From assembly GCA_001179505.1 (NCBI GenBank), contig CDMY01000463.1, forward strand, positions 7,688-71,687: a DNA stretch of 64,000 nt, read 5' to 3'. The first letter of the stretch is position 1. The number at the start of each line of letters is the position of its first letter. Below the pieces are notes generated by a model. It made no database searches and was not told the DNA's origin. It saw nothing but the letters and a program-made list of their open reading frames with translations. The position numbers and the translations under genes were made by a program. The stretch comes from Vitrella brassicaformis CCMP3155 (Eukaryota; Protista; Chromerida). This document shows positions 24,830 to 36,500 of this stretch, piece after piece.

Positions 24830-26548
24830 TCAAGTACTCACTGTCTCTGCAGCACGTCCAGCCGCTGGGCCGCCACAGCACTCGCCGCCATGTAGGGAGC
24901 GTCCTTTAGCGGCAAGCCGTCTAATGCAGCCTACAACACACCAGACAGACACACACATGTAAGAGAGCAATGTTGGGCCTCCCGGATCGATGCGCAGCTG
25001 TCGAGGCACCTTCACAAGCAGCAGCTGGGGTTTGTTGAGCTGCGTGATGATCGAGTTGGCGATGTCGCTGCGCTTGTCTTGGAAGGCCAAATACAGCTGC
25101 TCGGCCTGTCAGTTAGTGACATGGACAAACAGACATCGATCCGATCATGCCAGCAACGTCCATTTCTCTTCTCGATCGCATTCATACGTCTCCATGTAGA
25201 CGTACGTACCAGATGTGTGGCCATCTGCTGGTCAGCCTGATTCGTCTGCGCCAGTGTGGTGCCGACAGCATGATTAGCTGAAGATGCTGCCGACATCGGC
25301 ACACTCACTGCTGCTTCCGATTTGACAGTCCCTGCAGTCGTGTCTCTGTGCTTGTCTTCCCTCTTTTCCTCCTTCCTCTCAACCGACGCGGTCTCAGCTG
25401 TCTTGCGGGTCATGTCAGTGAGCGACCTGAGCGCCGCAGCAACGTTCTGCACCTCCTCGGCCACCCGATGGTCGTTCACCAGACCCCTGGGAAAACAAAG
25501 ACGAGACGCCACTCGTGTCTCGCGCCTTATCCCATTTATCACCTATGCGTCATTACCTGACGGCCATGGCCATGTCGTCTAGCGCCATTTGCTGGGATGT
25601 GAGGCCGAGAAGAGACGGAACAGTCGAGGTGGTTGAATTGTGTGGCGCGGACGCCGGTGGCAGGGGCTGTGACTGGAGCAGCACCAGACTTCGGAGGGCG
25701 GCTGCCGTGTCTGCTATCAGCTGCGTGTCGGCGTGGCTGGGCGGGCCGCCCAGTGGCGAAGAACTGGCGGCGCTCGGCGTGCTGAACGTCTTGAGCGCCC
25801 TGGCAGTATCGTGGAGGGCCTTCTGACGATTCGGAAGCACGATGTCCTCACCAGCAGCCTGAACACACGCCAACGAGCGAGGAGACAATGCGAGTGCCAA
25901 TCGCGACCGCGCGCTGACCCCCTTGGCGGCATCCAGGTGGTCTCTCTCTTCCCCAACGAGCGACCTCAGCGCCGATGCGGTGTTGACGGTCTCATCGTCC
26001 ATCCGACCCACATGCCTTATAGACGTCCGCAGCGCCCCAGCCACATTGTTGACGGCCGACTCCCTGCCAGACACAGCCATCAGCTCCTCTGCCTTGAGTG
26101 CCTCCAGCTGGGTGCTGTTGCCCGAGACACCTTGCCGACCCTGCCTGCTGGTTGTGAACAGGTCCAGGAAAGAGAGAGTCATCTGCTGCTGCTGCGGCTG
26201 GTCCGGCGTCAAGTGCATCACAGCGAGGGAAACGAGCGCCGCTGCCGTGTCTTTGACGATGAGGGAGCCGCCCATTCCCTGCCCGAGCGAGTCCGAAGCC
26301 AAGTCTTTCAGTGCAGACGCAGTGTGGTGCAGCGCCCCTTGTCTGTCGGTCAAAATTCTCTCTATGGTCGACAAGCTTGTCGACGAAGAGGCCTGGGACG
26401 CCTGCAGGTGGGAGGGCTGCGTGAGCTCATCGATGTGCCGCAGTAGCGAAGAGTAGCGGCCCAAGTTGAGTGATCCGAGTCTGCCAGTGTCCACAGCAGT
26501 CGATTCTGCAGCGAGAAACAGGAAGACAGCAAATAGTGCGATGGGCAT
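24830..26548 (-). CDS. Hypothetical secreted protein with seven degenerate TA(A/S)ALRSL-type helical repeats; 3' end approximate
   Basis: MPIALFAVFLFLAAESTA is a plausible signal peptide in a long open first exon (25553-26548), followed by further GT-AG exons. No recognised domain. Confidence 0.6.
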
Positions 26549-26747
26549 GTGGGGTGTGGATGTCCGGGGGAGCAGCCGATGGAGCAGAAAGGGATGGAAT
26601 GGGGATAGGCTGAGACGCCGAGACTGAGACTCGGGTAAAGAAGGCATTGGAATGATCAGGATCAGTGCAAATGGTGTCAAGGGGGCATACAGGCAGCCTC
26701 CCAGTGTCCTAAGCAGCCGAAAAAAAGGGGCGGGCGGAAAAGCTTCG

Positions 26748-26775
26748 CCTAGGGTGCTCCCTGAAACCGCTGCGA
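26748..26775. promoter_or_regulatory. 28-bp element cctagggtgctccctgaaaccgctgcga, copy 2, 23 bp upstream of the dolichol kinase ATG
   Basis: Exact match to 5791-5818; also in a divergent intergenic region and preceded by a small ggcgga/ttcgcc hairpin. Confidence 0.5.
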
Positions 26776-26798
26776 GACAAAGAGTCGATGGAGCAATC

Positions 26799-29700
26799 AT
26801 GACGCTTTGGGCGACAGCATGGAGTTCGCTGCGTCTGGAGGGCTGCCTCACGCTGGCAGCGTCAGCGATGCTGGCGCGAGAGTACCGGCTGGCCATCCTC
26901 ATGACATCCATCGCTGCCGTGGCCACACAAGTGAAGCGGCGGAAGACAGATGGACAGCAGGGAGAAGATCCGAAAGCCAGATCTGTCTTCTACGAGGAGC
27001 GGCAGACGCCTCACGGAAGCGTGGCCTTTGCTGTGATTGCCCTGCCGACCCTGATAGCATCCAGCCCCCTGCAGTCATTGCGCAGAGGTCAGTCAGGCTG
27101 CACGCCACCAAAGGAATGAATGGATGGATGGCACTGTGGGCACATTCGGTGTGTGTTGGTTGCAACAGGAGTGTACAGGAGCGCGGTGATCTGTTGCCTT
27201 CTGGGGTCTGTGCAGGCGCTCATCGACCGCACTGTGGGTCACCTGATGGGTGTGACGGCACACGCCATCGAGCTCATTGTGCTCACGGGCATTCCCAAGC
27301 TCATACACCTGTTCACTGCGCCCGAAGGTGATGATGATGATGATCTGCCCTGCCCACACACACGGACGGACGGGTGTTTAAATGTCATTAATCGTGCTGA
27401 CCTTGTTGTCTGTCGTCTGTCTGTCAGATGTGGGTGCGAACGACTATCTGTCTTGGTTCCCGCTGTGTTTTTTCGTGCTGCATAAGCTGCTGACGTATGC
27501 CTGCTTTCGACTGTCACCTAGGTGAGAAGCATCGGCAACAGGAGGCAGGCACGTGTGGACGGACCATCACGCCGTCCTTGTGCTTCCTCCGTTTGGTCAT
27601 CAGGTGTTACACCTTTGTCGAGGGCTGTCTTGTGTCTGGCTGCGGGGCGCTGGTCGGCGCGGCAGCCATCGTGGGAGCCACCAAGGTATGCAGACAGACA
27701 GAGGGGAAAGAAATGCACCACATTCTCTCGCTCTTGCTTTAAATGTCAGGGATTCATCGGCTGGGCGCCTCCTACGACCTTCTCTGCCGTGATGGTGCTG
27801 GTGATTGGGAGCTGGATCGCACTCGCCACACTAGTATACCGCACAATCCCGCCCAAGTACAGGGCGGCTGGAGGGCTGGCGGGGCTGCTGGTGGCCATGG
27901 GGGTGTTCATGGGGTGGGGGCTGCGATTCCCTGCACACTGGAGGAGATTCGCTGCTGGTCAGCTGGCACATGGCGCGCATACGCACACGGGGACACACAC
28001 ACACGCACACACACATACATCCGACGGTATGTATTGCCTCCTTCACAGATCCCCCATTTATGTGGCTGTTGCGTGCGGTGTTCGAGCACCCCACCCGCCG
28101 ATGGCTGACGCTCTACTGGCTCACATGCCTAGCCGTCGGCGTGCCAACGATCCACTTCATCGCTCGCATGATACCCACATCCCCACCCACACCCACACAC
28201 ACCCAGACAGAACCAACGGCACAGAACAAGCCAGACCGAGATCGAGATCGAGATCGAAAACGAGGGCGGGAGCGAGGGGGTGAGGATGACGGCACCCAGG
28301 TGCAGTCGGAGACGGGCTCTGCGTCAACTGTGGGCACGTCGCCGTCAGCTCAGTGTGTGGAGGACATGGCAGTGGATAACGCTGCCCACAACGGGCTACG
28401 TGAACTGAGGAGGGATAATGGCGCGGTATCTGTATCTGCTGCTGTGGGTGGACGGGACGAAAGCGGTGATGGTGACAGGGGGAGGCGGCGGCTGGTCATA
28501 CTGCGGAAGCTTTTTCATGTGCTGGCGGCCGTGCTCTTCCTGCCGCCCATACAGATGAAAGAGGTACGTCACGTCGATCGATGGATCACTGGATGGATGG
28601 ATGGTGTTGCGTTCGTTGTGCAGGTAGAGTTCTTGGGTTTGGCGCTCTTTGTGGCATTCATACTCTTTCTTGTCGTCGAAACATGCAGGTAACTTAAGTA
28701 ATTGCAGACAGACAGACAGACAGACACACAGACAGAAGCCCTGTGTGATGTGATCGTCCTTTTCTACGCGTACGCATTTGGTGTGTGTCGTATACAGGGC
28801 GACTGAGGTGATCGGCATCGGGCCGATACTGCAGCAATTTGTCGACCGGTACGTACCGACCGAAGCCCTCACACGAAATCTCCCTGCGGGTGAGGTGACG
28901 GTGGTGTGTATGTTGTGGTTTGTGTTGTGTGTGCAGGTATCTGGACGACCGTGACAGCAACGGTTTGGTGCTGACACACATCTATCTCCTGACGGGGTGC
29001 GCCATGCCCATCTGGCTAGAAGCCATCGCATCAGAAGCAGGTCAAGACAGACACCACACACACACAGCCAGCTCGCCGACGCGACACATACACCTGTTTG
29101 TTCTTCTCGGTGATTCATGGTGTGTGGTGTCGTGTCGGTGGGTGCGGTGCTCAGGTGCGTCCCCCAGTGCTCTGAGGGCATCGCTGGGCATCCTCACGGT
29201 CGCTGTAGGGGACGCCGCGGTACGGACGGCACACCACACCACACCCACATAAGCCAGGCAGCTTACGACCATGGTTGGTTGGTTGGTCGGTTGGTTGGTC
29301 GATGGATGCCTTGCTTGCTTCAGGCAGCGGTCATTGGCGTGACTGTGGGCCGCATCAGGTGGTGGGGGTCTATTAAAAGCGTCGAGGGTAAGTGCATTAA
29401 TGACGCTCACCAGACGGACATACATACAGACAGACAGACAGACAATGACACCGCCAGCCTCTGATGTCCGTCTGATGTGGCCCGCCTGCCTGGCTGCCTG
29501 CCTGCCTGCCTGCATCCATCGATCAGGCACGTTGGCCTTTGCCCTTGTGGGGTCCATTGTGGCCGTCACATCCGGACTCGCAACCATACAGGTGACTCAC
29601 ATAAAGCCCAATAGACACTGGTAGGTCGTCTCGGCATGGTTGTTGGCCGCGTGTCTGGCAGAACACAGCCGAGCTGCATCTGCTGCGCGTGTGTCTGCTG

Positions 29701-29942
29701 CTGACGGCCGTCGTAGAGGTGAGTAGGCAGAGAGAGAGAGAGCGTGCGCACAGATGGCAATCTTGCCATATTTGTGAGAGGCTTTTGCTGTCGTGTGCTT
29801 CATTCAGACCTTCACGGCAGACGTCGACAACGTGATATTGCCCGTGTTCATTTGCTGCATCTATAATTCGTTCAGGCCAATGCTGGCCGCCCTTCCCGAC
29901 ACCATACTACACCCAGCCACACCCGGCCACCTGACTGAGTGA
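26799..29942 (+). CDS. DOLK: Dolichol kinase (SEC59/DOLK)
   Basis: [76 protein letters not shown] and [13 protein letters not shown], with many TM segments. Confidence 0.93.
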
Positions 29943-30417
29943 CGATGGATGACGGGCGGCTCGGCCTGCAATACCGCTGTGCACGTGTGTCCCTATTTGT
30001 CGAACTGGATGGATCCATGGATGGATGGATGGATGTGGTGTCTGTGGTGTATGTGCAGTCTGCATGCCATGCGTGGGTTGTCTGGACAGCCCAGCGGTCT
30101 TTGTTTGTATAGCTTCCTGTCTGTCTGTGTGGTGCACTGCATGTGATGAGGTGACGCCAAGTGGCTGTGCGTGAAGTGAAAGCGAAAAGCAATGCATTCA
30201 TCGTATTCACCTTCAACCGTTTTACGCTACCCCGCCCCACAATTGGTTTGACTCCCCTCCTCGGCAGTTTTTGTTAGTTGCCAATAGGGAGCCGCTGTGA
30301 CGCCCGTCAGGTAAGTGTGCCCTCCCAGCACCACAAACGCCGCCGCTGACTCGAGTCGCTTCTGCTGCCTGCCTCCAGGCGGTGTTATCAAGTGGGTAGG
30401 TCACATCAATCACCAGG

Positions 30418-33021
30418 ATGGCCACCGGGAGACCCAAAGCCGTGTTCATCATAGATGGCGCCTACGTACAGGTCAGGTGCACACCCACCTACACCAAACA
30501 ACACCACAGCCCAGCCACACGAGACGCATTGGTGTGCATCAATCACGACCACCGTGTGTAGCGGTCTGGTGTGTCTGGTGGTACGTGTGTCTGGTTTGGT
30601 GTGCTTGGTTGACTGTCTGACTGACTGGCTGACAAACACATCACACGAATCATCAGGCGAATTACAAGGAGTCTCAGCGTGACCGATCTGACCTGATGGG
30701 TGAGGTGTTCTGCCACCGGATGCTCAAGTACGTGCAGGACACCCTGGGCGTCGACAACTCACAAACATTCTACTACGACGGAGACCCCGACAAATGGTAG
30801 GTATACATGTGATGTGATGGGCCACACACGCCTACCACAGAGATAGCCTGGCCTCGGTCATCTATCTGCCTGTGGTGTCTGTCTGTCGTAGGTACTCGAA
30901 GGTGACTCGTGGCAGGGGTCGTGATGCAGACCGCCAGAAGCGCACCGAGTTCCACAGCTTCCTCAGGCAGCAGCGCATCAACGTGCAGCTATTTGACTTC
31001 AAAAAGCAGGGCGTCGGCTACAGCGACACCACCGGCGAGAAGTCACAAGGTGGGCGGGCGGTGACGCAGCAATCGGTTCACGTCTGTAGTGTCGACCTCT
31101 GTGTGTGTGTGTGTGGTGTTGGCGTCAGGTTGGGTGCAGCGCGGGGCTGACTGTTCCATCGCTATGAAGATGCTCGAGACGGCCTACGGTATATATGCCG
31201 GCGCACCTGTCGCTCACAGTCACATTGGTTGCCGATCTCTCTGTGTTTGGTCTGGCCTCTGTGTGTCAGAGAATTCGCCCGACTTCATCCGTGCGGGGCA
31301 GCCGGCATCTCCGACGGCGGCCGATCAGGGCGAGAGCAGCAGCAGCCAACACGCACCGCCCGACATCAAGATGATAGTCCTGTAAGTAACCAACCTTACG
31401 AACGAACAGAGAGGCCTGATGTGTGTCAGGTCAGGTTGATCCGATCCATGTATGTGTTGTTGACTGGGCTGGTTGTGTCAGGTTTGCGGGTGACTCGGAC
31501 TTCTCTGAGGCGGTTGACAAGTGCCGCCAGCTCAAGCTGAGAGTGGCCATCGTCGGATACTCACACTCCATCTCGTAAGCTAAGCAGGCAAACCACCCCA
31601 CCCATACACACACACACACACACACAGAGAGGCGAAGCACAGCTGAGCTGCCCATGTGTGTCTGTGTGTGTGTGTCTGTGTGTGTGTGTTGTGCAGCGGT
31701 GAGTTGAAGACCAAACCCAAGGAGGTGCGGATCATCGAGTTGGACCAGCCGCCCCACTGCCACCAGTGGCCCACATACAGCATACCCAAGGACAAGACAA
31801 CAACACAGCAACATCAGCGCAAGAACCGCAACAAGCACATCCAAAACGCCAGCGACGGCCCCATCGACCTCACACAAGCCGACAACAACGGCGCACCCAC
31901 AGCAGCAGCTGCAGCAGCCGCCCCCGCCTACCAGCCCATCCCTCCCCTCCCTCCCCTCCTGCGCCCCCCCTTACCCTTCTCATACCAGCAGCAGCAGCAG
32001 CAGCACACCAGCCCCATGTTTCGCCCGGTCGGCAGTGGGCCGGGTGGCGTCGCTGACGCCAGTCCGAACCAGCCAGTGGCACAGCCCCGCGGCGGATTGG
32101 CACAACAGCTCGAAAAGGATCGCACTGGCGACCTGGGGGCAGGGCCGCCGAGGGATGGTGCTGGGGCAGCTGGGGGCATGATGGACGTCTCGGCATCTGG
32201 AGGCGTGGCTGGTGGGGGTGGTCGTCGGCCGCCCGTGTCGCCCGACTCGCAGCCGCTGCCGATGGCTGGCGTGACTTACACGTATCAGCCGCCGGACTTC
32301 GACTACGACCTTGACGAGGGTAGCAAGAGGGCGCTGACAGAGGTTGTGCGGGGGACCATGATGCACACGGCGATGGGCGACTGGATGGGGGCGCTGGAGA
32401 GCGGCATCAAGGGGGCCTTCCCGTCGCTGGGCTTCCTGTGCGTCAAGGGCAGCCACATGGAGATGACCTCCACCATGCCCTTCTGCCTGTACCACGATAA
32501 CGACGATCGGGTGAGTGAGCAGAGGAGCATGTGATCCACACACACACACACAGCCGTGGCTCTCGGTGGCTTGTGTGTCTGATCAATGAATGCAGTCTGT
32601 TGTGGTGTGTCTCTGCACCAAGCACCAGCAGTCCCCCGCTGCCGGAGCGTCCCCCCAGCCCGCTCCCAATCTGCCGCCCACCTGCACATTCAATTCCCGC
32701 TTCGCCGCCAAGGACATCGCTGACATCCACACCGCCCTTCACAACATCCTCAACAAAGGCAACGGCGATGCACAGGATGCCGAGCCCCTGCCGGTCCCCC
32801 GCGACGAGGCCGAGGAGCGGCACCAGCAGGAGCAGATTTTGGACGAGCTGCTCGACCGCATTGGCGACGACCACACGGCAGCAGCGGCCAGCCGCCACGG
32901 CTTCGAGCTGAGCTCGGACGGCTCTTGTCGGATCGCCGTGTTCCACGTGAGCGACAGGGCCATGACGCGGCGCGTCCAGTGGGCCGACTGCCATGTGCTG
33001 GTGGTCAAGTGGGGCAGCTAG
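30418..33021 (+). CDS. NYN-domain (LabA/DUF88, PIN-like fold) putative ribonuclease with a Pro/Gln linker and an uncharacterised C-terminal region
   Basis: MATGRPKAVFIIDGAYVQ, TFYYDGD, VQRGADCSIAMKML, IVL|FAGDSDFSEAV and RVAIVGYSHSIS: the four acidic NYN catalytic positions are present. Confidence 0.85.
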
Positions 33022-33518
33022 GCTGGTGGGGGGTGGCTGGGAGATTGGTGGGGCGCTGCATTCATTGTGTGGCGCGAGCCACGTGGGCGAGAGATAGATG
33101 AAGAATGATTCATTCGTATGTACAGAGAGGGGGCCTTGGTTGGTTGGTTGGATGGATGGTTGGTTGGTTGGGTGAGATGGAGAGGTGTTGTGAGAAGAGA
33201 AAGGGTTATTTGTCTCCTCTGCAACGCTGCCTGCCTGGGTGCGTCTGCTGGGTGTGCCTGTTGTGTTGGTTGCGTGCGTTGTGTCCTCCCATTCATTCAA
33301 TCATCTTGCGGATGAACGAGAGGTCACGACGCTGTTCACCACACACTGATGCACACACCACACCCAACGTCACGCACTGCAGGAGCTGGGCGATTGAATG
33401 AGGACCGAACTCGTACATCATCAGACCCATTGCATGACTGCTGTTGCATCGAGCTGCGAATCACATACCTGCCGCTAAGTTCGTTCGTACAGACGCAAAC
33501 TGGTTGGCGATGGCAGCA

Positions 33519-36500
33519 TCAGTATGTAGCATTTCCCATAATGGGCGCAACAAACAAGGGGAGCTCAAGGTCTTCAATATATTTCCTGCGTGAAGGCAGT
33601 CCAGACGCGACACACACGAGGGTACAAGAGGGGCCAGCGAATGCATCAATTTGTGGAGTGTCTGAGCCAGCCGGTCTCACTGCACTGCCCCACTGCCCCA
33701 CTCACTTGTATTTTCCAGGGTCCGGTCCGAAGATGCTGTGCGGACAGAAAGGAGACATGATGCAAGGAGACACGATGCAAGTCATTGCAAGGTTGCATGA
33801 GGATAAGTCACCTGATGTGCCAGGGGAACAGCTGGCTGATGGCCTCCACGCGGTCGCGCACTTGCTTTTCCTCCGCAGTCTGGTCACCCGGCTGTAGCAG
33901 CCAGACCTTGTTGCCTGCATGGTCGCACCAAAGAGACATACGCATGATCGCATGAATGCACCATATATAGCGTGCCGCTCACCCAGGGCGTACTCGACAA
34001 TCTCGTTTGAGATTCCACCCGTCCAGGTGAACTTCTTCTCAAAGATGGAGGAGTGGCCAAAACCAAACACCAGGATGCAAGCAGTGACTGTTGTGCCGCC
34101 ATCAATCGTACTGCTTGTTGAAGTTCGTGTCCAAGTAGAGGAGGTGAGGCAGAATTGTGAAAGGTGTCTGTCCGCCTCGCGTCAATTCGTCAAGGGCCTG
34201 AAAGGACCCGAACAAGGCGGAGACACAAGGGGACAGCCCCAGCCGCTCAGACGGGTCGATGCGTGCAACTTGGCTGACTTTTGCATTCGCCTTGGCGGAT
34301 TTGTGGAAAAGCTTCGCAAGCTCGTGAGGCTTTTTGTCGAGCTTGTCGAGGAGTTCCTGTGCGTAGCTGCAAAGACGAGAATGTGTCGACTTGTCATAGA
34401 TCCGCAGAGAGAGAGCTTACGTTGGAGCGATCCTCTTGTGCACTTTGGGCTTGAACAGCTGATCGCGGAACGACTTGACGGCCTCCCGTCCGCGGACTTC
34501 CATGGCCGTCTCGAGGTCCATGTATCTGATGCCATCACAGAGACAAGGCGCATTCTCCAGTCGTGCACATACAAGTCAAGCCGGACCCGAGCATTGAGCG
34601 GTCATTCATGTTGGCGCTGCCAATCTTCACACAAACAAACGAACAAACAAGCAGAAAGAAAACAAGTGCAGCGTCTGAGCAGCTAGCTCATCGTTCGCTA
34701 CTGCTTACAATCGCATACTCTCCGTCCACAATCATTGCCTGCACACATAGCCGCCAAGAGAGAGAGGAACAAATCAGCGGAGACACATGATAAGATGTAT
34801 AGTATAGTGTCCTTCTTTCCTTGCTGTGGACGTATGTATTGTAGAAGACGATCTCCCCGTTCCGACTGTCAAAGTCGGGCGCCTGCTCTTTTCCCTCTTT
34901 TGCCTGTTGGCGTCGTTTTTCCATCTCTTTGTTTGTCTCGAAGTCAGCTTTGCCCTGATGTGTACAAGAGATGACGACGCACACATGCTTAAGTGCCAGA
35001 CACAACAATCAGGCGCCTTACATGGAAAAGAACAGTAAAGTAGTTTTTCAGTTGCTTGCTGGTCACTTTGTTGGTGCCCGTCTTGGCGTCCTTCTTGCGT
35101 GCCTCCTCCAGGACTCTCTCCAAGGCCGGAATGAGCCCGCAATCCTTATCTGAAGGTCGGCAAGTCACAATGCAGCCCTTTTGAGCACCCATGAGCCTCT
35201 GTGTATGATGTCGGAGTACCGAAAAGGGTGAAGTATCGGTTGTAAAACAACTGAAGGCACACGCAGACAACAGAGCTGTGTCAAAGCAGACATCCATGCG
35301 CCTGTGTGGCTTACGATCGCTTCTTTTGCGGACATTGATGTCACGAGAACGACCGAGAAGTCCTCATTTTTCTCGATTGCTCGCTTGATGCGCCTGTACA
35401 TCGATAAACAACACTCATTTATCATCTCAACCTTCTCTTTCCACCTACTTGTAAAGAGACTTGCCCAGCTTGTTTTTTGCGTGGAAGTTTTCACTCTCGG
35501 AATCCCACCTACAGCTTTCTGGCAGGTCGGCTTTCAAATCTCCGGAAGCCGGCTTGAATCGCGGCTGTATGAAATCATGCGGATCACTTATTAAATCCGG
35601 GTTCGGAGAGAAGGGGCGCTGAAAGTGATAAGCAGAGGGAGCAGACATCAGTCGTCAGGCATGTCGATAATCTGCTTCTTTCAGTCGACCAGGGCACTGG
35701 AGATAAAGTACTGATTCTCAATGTAGACATACTACAGATGGCAACAGACAGAGACATCAACCAGGTGAGAAGGGGAATTACCAAGGGCGCCTCTATGTGC
35801 TCTCTATGTATATAAGGTGAAATCTTCTTTGCGCCGTCGATGAGTCTCAGAGTGGTGTCGTAAATGGTCGTGCTGAGTATACACAAGAAGACACAGCGAA
35901 CAACGAATGTTCATTCGTGTGTATGTTGGAGACACTTGTCGGCTTTGCTTACATGGGATAAGAGTAGCCTGCATTTCTTAGCCAGTACCAGTCGCCAGTC
36001 ACAAGCGCACGGCATTCAGCGTTCGTCGCGCCAGTTGCACTTGCGTATTTGCCTCCCAATAGAGAGCGATTAATCTTCCTGAGTCTGTCGCCACGTGAAG
36101 TTTTGTCAACCTTCAAAACTTCTTTCCACTCGTCGGCAGTGGGCGGCAAGTTGTTGGATTGGCACTGAAAAGGAGAACCGCGCTTTCTTTGCTTTTTGTT
36201 TTATGGTGTTTACCATGTATTCGAAGATTTTTTCTCGATCTGCAAACAGACTCGTGAGCTTGTAGGCATCGAAGTTCTCTTTGAGGGTCTTGCATCCCTT
36301 TCTCCATCTGGCACGCACCGGAACGGCGGTAAAGGGGCAGAGCGAATATGAGGCAGCAGCAGAGGAAACAAAGAGATAACGCACCGATTGATGTGCACAG
36401 ATGCGATGTCCGCAGCCGCTTTGCCAGTGACTCGGCACTGGGTGTCATGATGGTGCTTCTTAGCCGATCTCCGCTTCATGTGGTAGCGGTCATGTGAAGG

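Noticed and set aside
4604-29942. Two CTP_transf_1-family kinase genes as a local duplication or pathway cluster
   Set aside because: They belong to anciently separate subfamilies (phytol/DAG kinase-like vs dolichol kinase), lie 21 kb apart and are separated by unrelated genes. Co-location with PIG-M is not enough to claim a cluster.
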